A program made the position numbers and the translations under genes. From sequence record SRR31156797_7364: a DNA stretch of 35,722 nt. The stretch is one strand, 5' to 3'. The notes beneath the pieces were generated by a model that was not told the DNA's origin, made no database searches, and saw only the letters and a program-made list of their open reading frames with translations. Shown one piece after another: positions 7,099-17,397 of the stretch (the first letter of the stretch is position 1; the number at the start of each line of letters is the position of its first letter).

Positions 7099-7323
7099 AT
7101 GGATCGGTTAATTTTCAATTCCCGACTTCCGGCCACTTTCAAAGAATGTGATCGAGCAGTCAAAGAAGCTGTTGCTAAGGATGCTTGGGAAGACGTTGGT
7201 GTCATTGCCCAAACAGATCCGACTGCAAAGCGGCCTGCCGCGTACTATAAGTCTTATGAAACGGAAGTGACACTTTACGGTGAAAGCTATAGAGCAGTGG
7301 TCATTCACTCCAGCGCACACGAT
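7099..7323 (+). mobile_element. IS1634-family transposase internal fragment
   Basis: F.SRLPATFKEC...V..A...W...G......RPAA.Y...E.EVTLYG..YRAVVIHSSAHD is typical of the IS1634 central region. No ends or full DDE domain are present. Confidence 0.7.
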
Positions 7324-7407
7324 GAAAAAATATTCATTGGACTCGCTTTTTTAGCCCTGTCTCATGTAATTTCAAATTCGAAGTTGGTTTCAAGCCTTTT
7401 CATCTCT

Positions 7408-7485
7408 CAGCTGACCATCTTGAAACGCATGAGGACTGCAATAAGACTCTACGAAAATTTGGGGTTCAAGGAAATCTCCCTTTAG
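7408..7485 (+). pseudogene. GNAT acetyltransferase C-terminal remnant
   Basis: LTILKRMRTAIRLYENLGFKEI matches the GNAT motif B (A..LY..LGF). Confidence 0.5.
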
Positions 7486-7943
7486 TCTCGGTTAAGATAT
7501 CTGATTAAATTCAAGCCCTTCATTGTTAACACAACTTCCTTTTTTGATACAGCATCTCGCAAAAGGAGAATAAAATACCGCGATCAGGCTTGCTGCTGGA
7601 AGGAGTGATGCGCAAAGAGAGTTTATCCCCGGGGCGCACCGGTTTAAGCCATCGCAACTCATCCGCGCCCGGACTTCCCAAGCTTGTCTGGCCTGGCAAA
7701 TATTGTTCAACATACAACCTCATGAACAAACTGCAGGTATGCCAACCGCTGGCGATAAGACCCCTGTAAATAGTTTCTTTAGCTCTGTCCGGGTCCGTGT
7801 GAAAAACGTGTGGATCAAACTGCTTACCAAACTTGATGATCTCGTTTTCTGATGGTAATAGACCCGAACTCATATATTGCACCCACCACATAGTCTTCCA
7901 GATATCTATCATCTGGTGCGGTATTGAAACTGCCATTACTCAT
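7482..7943 (-). pseudogene. MaoC-family dehydratase with two frameshifts
   Basis: The N-terminus [30 protein letters not shown] (from 7943) is out of frame with the core FDPHVFHTD...GLIASGWHT...[11 protein letters not shown]. The C-terminus [14 protein letters not shown] is shifted again at an A-run near 7545. Confidence 0.8.
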
Positions 7944-7996
7944 TTGCGTTACTTCATCTGAAAATAAGCCACAGCTTATTTTTTCAGCACAATAAA

Positions 7997-8632
7997 CTAC
8001 TTCCCCATCATCGATTTTGCCGTTTGTATTGCTGATCCCGCGTCAGAGGCATAACCGTCCGCTTTTGCATCCTTAGCAAACTCCGGCGTCACAGGTGCGC
8101 CCCCAACCAGAATCTTACAATTTTCATTTCCGCCGGCGTTCCTGATAAATTCAATCGTCTCAATTACGTTTGGAAGGGTTATGGTAAGGAGTGCGGAGAT
8201 TCCTACGAACTCAGGCGTTTCTCGCTGTATACATTCCAGAAATTTCTCCTTGGGAACATCAATACCCAGATCCACCACATCGAATCCAGCGCCTTTGAAC
8301 ATCATACCAACCAAATTTTTCCCCACATCATGCAAATCGTCTTTGACCGTACCTAAGACTAATTTTCCCATGGAGGTCATGGATTTCCCCACAATATACG
8401 GTTCAATAATCCCCATACCCTCTTTCATGGCACGTGCAGCTACCATCATTTCCGGAAGAAACAGCTCATGCTGTGAAAAGCGAAGCCCTACCTCTTCCAT
8501 GGCTGAATTCATCCCCTTTGAAATAATTTCCTGCGGTGGAATGTTTTCATCCAGTGCTTTTTGAGTATGAATTCGGGTCTCAGGCGATTTTCCTTTCAGT
8601 ATGCTCTGATAAAGAAGTTCCAAAATTTCCAT
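7997..8632 (-). CDS. Corrinoid (B12-binding) methyl-carrier protein, MttC/MtbC-like
   Basis: B12 cap F...ELFLPEMMVAARAMK, plus GTVKDDLHDVGKNLV (DxHxxG), SALLT and VGGAPVT. Confidence 0.95.
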   Translation of the reverse strand: MEILELLYQSILKGKSPETRIHTQKALDENIPPQEIISKGMNSAMEEVGLRFSQHELFLPEMMVAARAMKEGMGIIEPYIVGKSMTSMGKLVLGTVKDDLHDVGKNLVGMMFKGAGFDVVDLGIDVPKEKFLECIQRETPEFVGISALLTITLPNVIETIEFIRNAGGNENCKILVGGAPVTPEFAKDAKADGYASDAGSAIQTAKSMMGK

Positions 8633-8655
8633 TATGCTCTCCCGTCCGAAATAGA

Positions 8656-9513
8656 CTAATGGTTAAAAATAGTTCTGTAAGATTCAAGGAAGTTTACGGC
8701 ATAAGGGTCGAGGTTGGTCATTGCATCCGCAGCCATTACGGTTTCTACCATTTCCGTTGTGTTGGGATTAAGAATAACGGCGCTCAACCCCGCAGAAACG
8801 GCCATCGCCACAAAAGTCCGATTAAACACGTTGCGCATGGGCATGCCAAAACTCACATTGCTCAAGCCGATAATGGTGGATAACCCCTGATCTGAAAGCG
8901 CTTTAATACATTTCAGGCATTCCAGGGCGGCGGTTGGTTCAGCCCCTATAGCCATCGCCATACAGTCCAATACCAAATCTTCTTTGTTAAACCCTACTGT
9001 ATCCGCATATGCTAAAATCCGATCCGCCACTTCAAGCCGGTCCTCAGCCTTGACGGAAACCCCCCTTTCATCATTCAGCATCACCACCAAAGCAACGGGC
9101 CGGTCAACAAAGGCATCCATTAAAGGCTTGTATGAAATGTCTTCCCCGGTACAAGAGCCCACCAAAGGCTTGTAAGGATATATTTCCCGAGCGGCAATCA
9201 GGGCTTCAGGTCGGGACGAATCGATATACAGGGGAAGAGAGGTGATTTCTTCCAATTCCTGTACGGCCCGGACCAGAATATTTTTTTCATCAATTCCATG
9301 CATCCCCACATTGACCCCTAAAACATTAGCACCTGCTGCTTCCTGTTCCCTGGCCAGCGATACTAGAAAGGAAAGATCTCCCTTCATGATGCTTTCTTGT
9401 ATCTTGGGTTTACCCGTAGGATTGATTCGCTCTCCGATCCGAACCGCAGGCAACCCGGGGCCGAAATTCAGCAAATTGTCTTTGGATTCGATTTCGGTCA
9501 TAATCTTAAACAC
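8656..9513 (-). CDS. Methylcorrinoid:tetrahydrofolate methyltransferase (pterin-binding, MetH/AcsE-like)
   Basis: IGERINPTGK, PLYIDSS, GLSNVSFGMP.R...N..F...A..AGL. Confidence 0.9.
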   Translation of the reverse strand: MFKIMTEIESKDNLLNFGPGLPAVRIGERINPTGKPKIQESIMKGDLSFLVSLAREQEAAGANVLGVNVGMHGIDEKNILVRAVQELEEITSLPLYIDSSRPEALIAAREIYPYKPLVGSCTGEDISYKPLMDAFVDRPVALVVMLNDERGVSVKAEDRLEVADRILAYADTVGFNKEDLVLDCMAMAIGAEPTAALECLKCIKALSDQGLSTIIGLSNVSFGMPMRNVFNRTFVAMAVSAGLSAVILNPNTTEMVETVMAADAMTNLDPYAVNFLESYRTIFNH

Positions 9514-9533
9514 TCCTGCTTTACCCAGGGGGG

Positions 9534-10595
9534 TTAATACCCGCCAACTTCCCTGGCATATCGTAACATCTCAATTACAGAATCAGGATGACATCCACTG
9601 TGGATTGAATTACTGTCGGACAAAATATAACGTCCACCCGCCTTGGCCTGATTCATACAACGCTGCACTTCAGCCCGGACCTTTTCGAGATTATTTTGGC
9701 ACAGGATTTCTCCGCAATCCACATTTCCGACGAGGATTAACCGGGAGCCGTAGTCTTTTTTAACCTGGGCAAGATCGACGCCTGCGGTCGGTTCAAGAGA
9801 GTGCACGCCCGCCATCCCCGATTCCAAGGCTGTTTCGAGAACGGGCGTGATAAAACCGTCGGAATGCCATATGACCGGAATTCCCGCTCTTTCCACAATG
9901 TGACGATAGCAGGGCGTCACAAGTTCGTTAAATTCCTTTGGAGGAATGAAAGTACTCCCCTTAAACGCCACATCGTCTCCCATCAAAATGAAATCAGCCC
10001 CAAGTTCCGCTCCATGTCTGGCAACCTCGGCAAACCATTTCGTTCTTTTCCACAGCAATCGATTAATGAATTCCCTGTCATCCATATAGGTGTACAAGAA
10101 ATGTTCAAATCCCATGCTTTCCATTGTCAACCCAAAAGGCCCGGTGTGTGTCGTCAGCGCCCAAGCCTTATCGGGGTGCCTGCTCATGGCTTGCTTTGTC
10201 GCCACGGGATTGGACCTGTCCTCCAGCTTTAGTTCGGGCACATAGCGATCAATATCCTCCTCTGATCGAATCACGCCGCCAACATATGACCCCCTTTTCC
10301 ACATTCGCCCGAATTCATCAATACCGTCCCAGCCAGCATAAGTGCCGCCGGAGGTCTGCATTTCTTTCGGAATATCATTTTTTAAACCGGCCCCCAATGG
10401 TACGCCATTACACCAATTTTGCGAATAGAGGTGGTAAACGTCAAAACCAAGGGTGTTAAACACGTCTTCCATTGAACGAGTCCCAAGTTTCTTCACAAAA
10501 TTTGAGTCGATTCCGAATGTCAATAGCGGAACGCGATCGGGGATCTGTCCGCTCAGCACTGCCGATACACGTTCTTTTGATGTCATTTTCCCCAT
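9534..10595 (-). CDS. Uroporphyrinogen decarboxylase-fold methyltransferase (MtaA/CmuA-like, putative substrate:corrinoid MT)
   Basis: MTSKERV..V....PDRVP, GDDVAF, WHSDG, GNVD, GGRYILS..NSIH. GGAGG precedes ATG 10595. Adjacent to the corrinoid protein and MT2. Confidence 0.85.
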   Translation of the reverse strand: MGKMTSKERVSAVLSGQIPDRVPLLTFGIDSNFVKKLGTRSMEDVFNTLGFDVYHLYSQNWCNGVPLGAGLKNDIPKEMQTSGGTYAGWDGIDEFGRMWKRGSYVGGVIRSEEDIDRYVPELKLEDRSNPVATKQAMSRHPDKAWALTTHTGPFGLTMESMGFEHFLYTYMDDREFINRLLWKRTKWFAEVARHGAELGADFILMGDDVAFKGSTFIPPKEFNELVTPCYRHIVERAGIPVIWHSDGFITPVLETALESGMAGVHSLEPTAGVDLAQVKKDYGSRLILVGNVDCGEILCQNNLEKVRAEVQRCMNQAKAGGRYILSDSNSIHSGCHPDSVIEMLRYAREVGGY

Positions 10596-10632
10596 TGTTT
10601 TCCTCCCATGCGCCAAAAGGTGCGGCAATGCT

Positions 10633-11415
10633 TCATTGCTTTGCGACGCCGGATCCAAGATAGGCACTAATCACCTGCGAATCGTTAAGGACATCTTGAG
10701 GTTCTCCTTCGGCCAGTTTGTGACCAAAGTTCAGCACGACGATTCTGTCTGCAAGATCGGCCACCATCTGCATATCATGTTCAACCCATATCATCGTGAC
10801 TCCGATTTCATACTTGATTCTCAGGATGAAGCGGGCTAGATCTTCCTTTTCCTGACGATTCATGCCGGCGGAAGGCTCGTCCAGAAGCAGGATTTGCGGT
10901 TCCATGGCCAAAGCCCTACCCAGGCCGATGATCTTTTGAAGACCATAGGAAAGACTCAGCGCATCGGCCTTGCGATATTTCTCAAGTTCAAAAAATTCCA
11001 GCACCTCTTCAACGGCTTCACGACTCTCTATTTCTTCCCGCTTTGTCCGTCCCCAGAACAAGCCGTTTGACACGGCGCCGGATCCGATTTTTAAATGACG
11101 ACCCACCAGAAGATTCTCCAGGACCGTCATATGCTGAAACAATTCGTTATGTTGAAAAGTGCGGGCAATGCCGGCCTCAGCAACTTCATGTGCCCTTAAC
11201 CCGCCGATATCCTTATTTTCAAGCAAGACATGCCCTGCGGTGGGCGGATATATGCCGCTGATGCAATTGAGGAGACTGGTTTTACCTGCACCGTTGGGGC
11301 CGATAAGGGCCAACAGCCCTCCTTTATAAGAATTGAGAGAGATATCGGTTAGAATCTGCAAACCTCTCACTTGAAAATCAACCGAATCCAAACACAGATG
11401 AATCGTTTCAGCCAT
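10633..11415 (-). CDS. Liv-type ABC transporter ATP-binding subunit (LivG-like)
   Basis: GPNGAGKT, IARTFQ, LLLDEPSAG, VEHDM, AYLG. Confidence 0.92.
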   Translation of the reverse strand: MAETIHLCLDSVDFQVRGLQILTDISLNSYKGGLLALIGPNGAGKTSLLNCISGIYPPTAGHVLLENKDIGGLRAHEVAEAGIARTFQHNELFQHMTVLENLLVGRHLKIGSGAVSNGLFWGRTKREEIESREAVEEVLEFFELEKYRKADALSLSYGLQKIIGLGRALAMEPQILLLDEPSAGMNRQEKEDLARFILRIKYEIGVTMIWVEHDMQMVADLADRIVVLNFGHKLAEGEPQDVLNDSQVISAYLGSGVAKQ

Positions 11416-12220
11416 ACCATCTCCTGGACCGCCGATATTGCTTCACATCGCGGTAGCTTTTCTGTAAGTCCCGGTCTCCCTGACCTAAATAGAATTCTTG
11501 AATGTCCTGATGATTTTTCAACTTCTCGGAATCTCCCGCAAACACAATGCGGCCGTTTTCCATGATGTAGCCAAACTCTGCAATTTCAAGGGCGGCCACC
11601 GCATTTTGTTCAACCAAAAGAATCGTCACGCCCTGCTCGTCTCGGACCACATTCAGAAGGTTCAGCAATTCGGTTACAATCAATGGCGCAAGGCCCAATG
11701 ACAATTCATCCACCAATAAAAGGATTGGCCCGCAAAGTATGGCGGATGACAGCGCCAGCATTTGGCGTTCTCCACCACTCAGATAGCCTCCCAGGCGATG
11801 CTTCAAATTTTTCAAGACGGGAAAATAGGTATAGACCTGGTGAAGCAACTCTTTTCGGCTCAGACTTCCACCGGTAAGCGGCGTACATACATCCAGATTC
11901 TCCTCTACCGTCAGATTTTCAAATAACTTATCGCGCTCCGGCACCAGAAGTACGCCCTTCGTGCTGATGACGTGGGGTGGCCTGTTTTGAAGGCTTTCCC
12001 CCATGAATTCAATTCTGCCCTCCGATACCTTAGCGTCGTCGATCCCTAAGAATCCGGATATGGCCCTTAGGGTTGTGGTCTTTCCCGCCCCGTTCACCCC
12101 TAAAACGGCAACGATCTGATGTTGCCTTACCTGGAGTGAGACGCCCTGTATGGCAGTGGAGACATTGTGATAAACCACCTCCAACTTCTCCACATTCAGA
12201 AGAGGACCTCCTTTGTTCAT
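11408..12220 (-). CDS. Liv-type ABC transporter ATP-binding subunit (LivF-like)
   Basis: GVNGAGKTT, LSGGERQM, DELSLGLAP, VEQNA, EFYLG. Confidence 0.92.
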   Translation of the reverse strand: MNKGGPLLNVEKLEVVYHNVSTAIQGVSLQVRQHQIVAVLGVNGAGKTTTLRAISGFLGIDDAKVSEGRIEFMGESLQNRPPHVISTKGVLLVPERDKLFENLTVEENLDVCTPLTGGSLSRKELLHQVYTYFPVLKNLKHRLGGYLSGGERQMLALSSAILCGPILLLVDELSLGLAPLIVTELLNLLNVVRDEQGVTILLVEQNAVAALEIAEFGYIMENGRIVFAGDSEKLKNHQDIQEFYLGQGDRDLQKSYRDVKQYRRSRRWYG

Positions 12221-12224
12221 GCGA

Positions 12225-13286
12225 CTACCTCCCCACAGCTTTGTACTTAAAGGGCCACAAAAGAAAGTAATCCCTCAAGCGCTGCCATATTCCTACGAGC
12301 CCTCCGGGCTCCAATACAAGAAAGACGATCATGATGAGCCCGAAACTGCTATATTTTACCGCAAACATATAGGTGCTCAAACGGGCTGGTACGGATAGAA
12401 GGTCTACGGACGCGTCTATCAAGTAAGGTAGAATCACAATAAAGATCGTGCCCATTACTGCCCCAAGAATAGAACCCAAACCCCCTATGCAAATCATGGC
12501 AATGAACTCCATGGTCATAAAGAGGGAAAAAGCCTCAACCGAAACAAATCCTCTGTAATATGCAAATAGGCAGCCGGTGATACTGGTCAAAACCGAACTT
12601 ATAACAAAGGCGATCAGCTTGTACCGAGCGACCTTGATACCGAATGCCTCCGCAGCCACATCCCTGCCCCGAATGGCCATCCAGGCCCTTCCCGTCTTTG
12701 ATCGGACCAAATTGAGCGCAAACAAAATCACAAGAAAGTCCATGATCAACAGGAAGTAATACCAAAGTCGGGCATCTTCTATGATCAAAGGACCGATCTG
12801 TGGCGGGTCCACAAGAATACCCGTGGCAAAACCCCTTTGGGTTTCATATTCAGCCCCCAAATAGATTACGATAAAATGGAGGCTGAGTGTACTCAGCGCC
12901 AAATAAAGGCCTTTCAACCGTAAAGATGGAAGACCGAAAATAAGACCCAGAATTGCGCCCATGAGCCCGGATGCCGGCAGGGTTACCAGGAAAGGGGCGT
13001 TCATTTCTTTAAAAAGGATTGCCGTGGTGAATGCGCCCGCAGCCACCAAGCCGGCATGACCTAAAGAAATCTGACCTGCATAACCCGTAAGCAACATTAA
13101 GGCCACCGCGCCTATCAATGCTAAGAAAACCTGAACGGCTAAATCAATGAGAAATGCCGACGCAACCAACGGAAAAAATACAACGGCGGCAATCAGCAGG
13201 AAGAAGCAGATATAACGGCTTCGGGTCTCAATCAAGCACAAATCTTCAAAGTAGTTTGTTTTGTAGTAGCCGCTAGCGAAGGCCAT
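12225..13286 (-). CDS. Liv-type ABC transporter permease (LivM-like)
   Basis: GYAGQISLGHA, LRLKGLYLAL, GRAWMAIR.RD.AA...GI, GGLGS, EPGGL. Confidence 0.9.
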   Translation of the reverse strand: MAFASGYYKTNYFEDLCLIETRSRYICFFLLIAAVVFFPLVASAFLIDLAVQVFLALIGAVALMLLTGYAGQISLGHAGLVAAGAFTTAILFKEMNAPFLVTLPASGLMGAILGLIFGLPSLRLKGLYLALSTLSLHFIVIYLGAEYETQRGFATGILVDPPQIGPLIIEDARLWYYFLLIMDFLVILFALNLVRSKTGRAWMAIRGRDVAAEAFGIKVARYKLIAFVISSVLTSITGCLFAYYRGFVSVEAFSLFMTMEFIAMICIGGLGSILGAVMGTIFIVILPYLIDASVDLLSVPARLSTYMFAVKYSSFGLIMIVFLVLEPGGLVGIWQRLRDYFLLWPFKYKAVGR

Positions 13287-13288
13287 TT

Positions 13289-14161
13289 TTATACCCTTTC
13301 GAGTTCTTCTTTTGTTCCGAAAAGTCCCCACGGCCGGATCAAAAGCATCCCGAGCAACACCACGAAAGGCGCCACTTCGCTGGCCTGCGGACTGAGATAG
13401 TTGATGGCCAGGATCTCCACCAGCGCCACAATAAACGCTGCGGGAATAACTCCTGCCAAGCTGTCCAGGCCCGCAACCACCACCACTGGAAAAGCCTTTA
13501 GTCCGATGTGGAACATTCCGGGATTCAGACCGGAATCACAGGCTTGAATCATTCCGGCCGCCCCGGCACTAAACGACGCCAGTGCCCATGAAACAGCGTA
13601 ATATCTGTGGAGTTTGATGCCTCGCTGTGAAGCGAACAGAGGATTTTCCCCGACTGCGCGCATCCTGAGCCCCCAACGGGTAAATTTGAGACCCGTAAAC
13701 AGTGCTGCATAGAGCACCACGAAACCGAAAACGGAAATAAGACCGAATGTGGAGACGACCGCCCCCTCCATCAGAGTGTGTGACGTGTTCTCAATTCCAA
13801 GGTATTGCAGAGGATACCAATCCTGTGAAGTCCAGATCAAAGTGGTCAGGCCCCGCAGAAGAATTCCCATGGCAATGGTAACGAGGACAGCAGCAAAAGC
13901 AGACTCTCCAACCATGAATTTCATCAGGAACTGATAGATGATGAGGCCTAACACCAAGCTCATTACAACGGCTAAAACAAATGCGATGAATGGCTGCGGG
14001 CCGAGGCCTACCGCAACGGTAAAAAGAAAGTATGCCCCAAGACTCATGATTTCGCCATGTGCGAGATTCAGAACGCGGCTTGCCCGGTATATGAGAACAT
14101 ATCCGCAACAGATCAGGCAATACAGCGAACCCAGTACAACAATATTGATAATGACTTGCAT
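13289..14161 (-). CDS. Liv-type ABC transporter permease (LivH-like)
   Basis: GYVLIYRASRVLNLAHGE, G..MRA..EN, GLDS..G, RPWGLFG. ATG 14161 has a GGAG RBS. Confidence 0.9.
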   Translation of the reverse strand: MQVIINIVVLGSLYCLICCGYVLIYRASRVLNLAHGEIMSLGAYFLFTVAVGLGPQPFIAFVLAVVMSLVLGLIIYQFLMKFMVGESAFAAVLVTIAMGILLRGLTTLIWTSQDWYPLQYLGIENTSHTLMEGAVVSTFGLISVFGFVVLYAALFTGLKFTRWGLRMRAVGENPLFASQRGIKLHRYYAVSWALASFSAGAAGMIQACDSGLNPGMFHIGLKAFPVVVVAGLDSLAGVIPAAFIVALVEILAINYLSPQASEVAPFVVLLGMLLIRPWGLFGTKEELERV

Positions 14162-14231
14162 AACCAAACTCCATGGGCCTAACACACTAAAAAGTTCTCG
14201 GTCGATTCCGTTTTCGCCCCTCATCAAGAGG

Positions 14232-14258
14232 GGGACTTCACCAAAGCGATGAAATCCC
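14232..14258 (-). terminator. Intercistronic stem-loop downstream of the SBP gene
   Basis: Minus strand GGGAUUUCA...UGAAGUCCC, a 9-bp stem with one G-U pair. The position is typical of structures that raise SBP mRNA relative to the permeases. Confidence 0.5.
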
Positions 14259-14281
14259 TTTATCCTGTTGAAGAAAGAAAT

Positions 14282-15457
14282 TTATTTCACTTCAAGAGGC
14301 GTCCAGTCTTTCACGGTGACAATTTTGTTTTCAGCGGAGTCCCACCTGTACACTCTGTAATAGTTGATGGTCCTGAAATGGTTTCCCTTTGTCCATACCA
14401 GAGACCCGCCTCTCAGTCCTTGGGTCTCTGCTTTGACTTCATTCATGGCAGCGGTTACTTTTTCAGACGTCGGAGGCCACGATACTTTTTTAAGAATTTC
14501 TTCAAGCACCATTGCCGCAATCCACCCCTCCACAAGCTTTGTATATGGATAAATGGTTTTTTCTTTCAAACTGGCTGCTTTGATGACTTTGTGAATGTCC
14601 AGACCATCTGTGAAAAAGGCATTGGTTCCGAAAACATAAAAATTATCGTCTTTCAAACGAGCAAGTTCTTCTTCAGCCTGGATGTGAGAAAATGCCAGAT
14701 ATTTCCCTTTCCATCCTAGTTTTCGCAAAGCTTCCAATGTCTTTACCTCGGTCACCCAGGGTGCCCAGGAATAGACCCAGTTTGCGCCGGAGTTTTTCAA
14801 CTTGGTGGCAAAGGGTGTATAATCAGGGGTCGGAGGCGGAATGGCTTCCTTATCGGTCACCTTGATGCCCATGGTCTTTGCAAGCTCTTCCGCAAAATCG
14901 ATTTCTCCACGTGAAACGGGGATATTCATGGCAACCAGCCCAAGGTTAATGGGGCCTTTACTCTCCTTTTCGATAAATGACAGGGCAAATCGGCTGTCAT
15001 ACTTTGCGGCAAAGCCTGTCGAGCAGAATTGCATCGGGTCCGCGTTTGGCGGGTACACTTCTTTTGGACAAACGGAGCCCGCAAAAAAAATCGGCACCTT
15101 ATACCGCTTGGCAACCTTGATCATCGGTGCAAACGTGCTCGAAAGAGCCGCGTTCATTAATAGGATGACTTTGTCCTGGGTAACGAATTTTTTTGCCTGG
15201 GCCGCTGCTTTTGAGGGTTGTGCGGCATTGTCCTGTATGAGGACCTTTACCGGATGCCCGTTAATCCCGCCCCTGGCATTCACCTCTTTGAAATACACAT
15301 CAAAGGCATCCTTTATGGGTGCATAGATTCCTGAACCTCGGCCTGTCACGGCAACGCTGAAACCAACCACGTACGGATCTTCCGCCAAAGCAGGCGAAAC
15401 GAAGAAAACAACGAAAGTTACACACGCCAAAATTCCTGCCAAAAACTTTCTTTTCAT
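14282..15457 (-). CDS. Liv-type ABC transporter substrate-binding protein
   Basis: Signal peptide MKRKFLAGIL...ALA|E, plus NARGGINGHPV....DN...P. Confidence 0.9.
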   Translation of the reverse strand: MKRKFLAGILACVTFVVFFVSPALAEDPYVVGFSVAVTGRGSGIYAPIKDAFDVYFKEVNARGGINGHPVKVLIQDNAAQPSKAAAQAKKFVTQDKVILLMNAALSSTFAPMIKVAKRYKVPIFFAGSVCPKEVYPPNADPMQFCSTGFAAKYDSRFALSFIEKESKGPINLGLVAMNIPVSRGEIDFAEELAKTMGIKVTDKEAIPPPTPDYTPFATKLKNSGANWVYSWAPWVTEVKTLEALRKLGWKGKYLAFSHIQAEEELARLKDDNFYVFGTNAFFTDGLDIHKVIKAASLKEKTIYPYTKLVEGWIAAMVLEEILKKVSWPPTSEKVTAAMNEVKAETQGLRGGSLVWTKGNHFRTINYYRVYRWDSAENKIVTVKDWTPLEVK

Positions 15458-15492
15458 GATTCCCTCCTTAAATAAATGGTTATTGTAATAGG

Positions 15493-17385
15493 TTAACCCA
15501 GTACATCCCCAATCTCCGAAGCCACTAACCGCTCTTCCTTATCGCTATACATTGATTCCACAAGATCCCTGAACTTTTCATATACCAATTCTCTCTTGAT
15601 TTTACGGGTCGGTGTAATGGGCTCGTCTTCGTCCTCCGGATCCAGTTCTTTGGGTATAATCCGGAAACCTTTGATCTGCTCAACCCTGGCCAAATCTTCA
15701 CTGGCCTTCTTAATGGCGCCGCCGATCAATGATACGATTTCGGGATGCTCCGTCAAACTCGTAAATCCTGTGTAAGCGATATCATTTGACCGTGCCCAAC
15801 CCGATACCGTTTCAAAGTCGATTTCTATGAGTGCTGTCAGATATTTTCTTTGGTGACCGAAAACAACGGCTTCGCTGATGTAAGGGATCGCCCTGAGACA
15901 GTTTTCAACATAGGTGGGGCTGATGGTTTTGCCGCCTGAAGTGACGATAATGTCTCTTGCGCGATCGACAATTTTCAAATTTCCTTCGGGTGTCCACTCA
16001 CCCACATCGCCGGTATGCAACCAACCATTGTTGTCCAAGACCTCGCGGGTCCCTTCGGGATTGTTCAGGTAGCATTCGAACCCATCTTTTCCCTTGGCCA
16101 GAATCTCACCCTCTTCCGATAACTTGACTTCCCACCCCGCAGGTGGAACACCCACATGCCCGGGACGTGGAAAACGTCCTCCCTGAGCGGCTATGATGGC
16201 GCCGCCCGTCTCTGTCTGGCCATAGAACTCGGAAAGGTTCAAGCCATAAATCTGCCAAAGAGCCATCACTTCCGGAGGCAGTGGGGCTCCGGCGGAAAGG
16301 GCGATTTTGATCCTGTTAAAACCGATTTTGTTGAGGATGGGTCTGAAGGCCAATTGATCAAAGATGAAGTACAGAAAAGAACTTGCCGGGTTTCTTTTGC
16401 CGTCCCATAAACCCTTCACATGTTTTTGACCGACTTTTATGGCGGTTCGGTAAATCGATCTTTTGAGTGGACTGGAATTTTCAATTCCTACAATGATGTT
16501 GGATACATATTTTTGAAGATACCGCGGGACGGTGAACAGCACCGTAGGGGCCGTCTCAAAAATAGTTTCAGCCAGACTCTCGATGTCTTCTCCGTAATGG
16601 GGAACGATGGATGTGAGCAGTGGGAGCGTCACGGCAACGTCTTTCCCCAAGACATGACAAAGGGGAAGGTAAACAACGGTTCGGTGTGGGGTCTCTGCCA
16701 GGATGGGATACCGGTCAATAAGGGTGTAAGCTGCCGCCAGATGTTTTCCATGGCTGATAAGAACTCCTTTGGGACTGCCTGTTGTACCAGACGTATAGAC
16801 AATGAAGAGGTCATCTCCGGGGATTACCTTTCGCGCCTCTTCCTCAAAGGCGCCCGTATCGGCATCCAGCACTTTTTGACCTTTACGCGTCAAATCATCG
16901 TAGCTAATCAGGGCTGAATGGTCATACATAAAAGTGCCAGTGGTATCAATTACGATAACATGGCGAAGTTCGGGAAGGTCATCATAGAGTGGCAATATGC
17001 GATCAACATATTCCTGATTTTCAGCCACGAAAATACATGCTTCCCCATCCTTCATCAGGTAGTGAACTTCTTTGGGAGAGGATGTCGGATAGAGGCCGTA
17101 GGTAACAGCGCCAAGGGATTGAGCCGCAAGTTCACAAATAGCATATTCTTCGCACGGGTCTCCCATCAATGCCAACCGGTCGCCCCTCTTGAGTCCCAAA
17201 GCCTTTAATCCCATAGCGGAACTCGCTACTTTTTGCATAAAGGCTTTCCACGTACACTCTTTATAAATGCCTAACTTTTTAGCACGATAGGCGACGTCGT
17301 CAGGAGTACGCTTTGCTCTTTCGAGAAACAGCCCAGGCACACTTTTTCTTCTGAGTTCTTCATATCGTTTTGTGTCAGACATCAT
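15493..17385 (-). CDS. Long-chain acyl-CoA synthetase (AMP-binding)
   Basis: YTSGTTGSPKG, YLPLCH, YGQTE, GWLHTGDVG, ITPTRKIKR. Confidence 0.92.
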   Translation of the reverse strand: MMSDTKRYEELRRKSVPGLFLERAKRTPDDVAYRAKKLGIYKECTWKAFMQKVASSAMGLKALGLKRGDRLALMGDPCEEYAICELAAQSLGAVTYGLYPTSSPKEVHYLMKDGEACIFVAENQEYVDRILPLYDDLPELRHVIVIDTTGTFMYDHSALISYDDLTRKGQKVLDADTGAFEEEARKVIPGDDLFIVYTSGTTGSPKGVLISHGKHLAAAYTLIDRYPILAETPHRTVVYLPLCHVLGKDVAVTLPLLTSIVPHYGEDIESLAETIFETAPTVLFTVPRYLQKYVSNIIVGIENSSPLKRSIYRTAIKVGQKHVKGLWDGKRNPASSFLYFIFDQLAFRPILNKIGFNRIKIALSAGAPLPPEVMALWQIYGLNLSEFYGQTETGGAIIAAQGGRFPRPGHVGVPPAGWEVKLSEEGEILAKGKDGFECYLNNPEGTREVLDNNGWLHTGDVGEWTPEGNLKIVDRARDIIVTSGGKTISPTYVENCLRAIPYISEAVVFGHQRKYLTALIEIDFETVSGWARSNDIAYTGFTSLTEHPEIVSLIGGAIKKASEDLARVEQIKGFRIIPKELDPEDEDEPITPTRKIKRELVYEKFRDLVESMYSDKEERLVASEIGDVLG

Positions 17386-17397
17386 TCAATAAGGCCC

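Noticed and set aside
6961-7485. 174-aa ORF as a real gene
   Set aside because: It is a chance read-through of a terminator, a REP-like palindrome, an IS1634 fragment and a GNAT tail.
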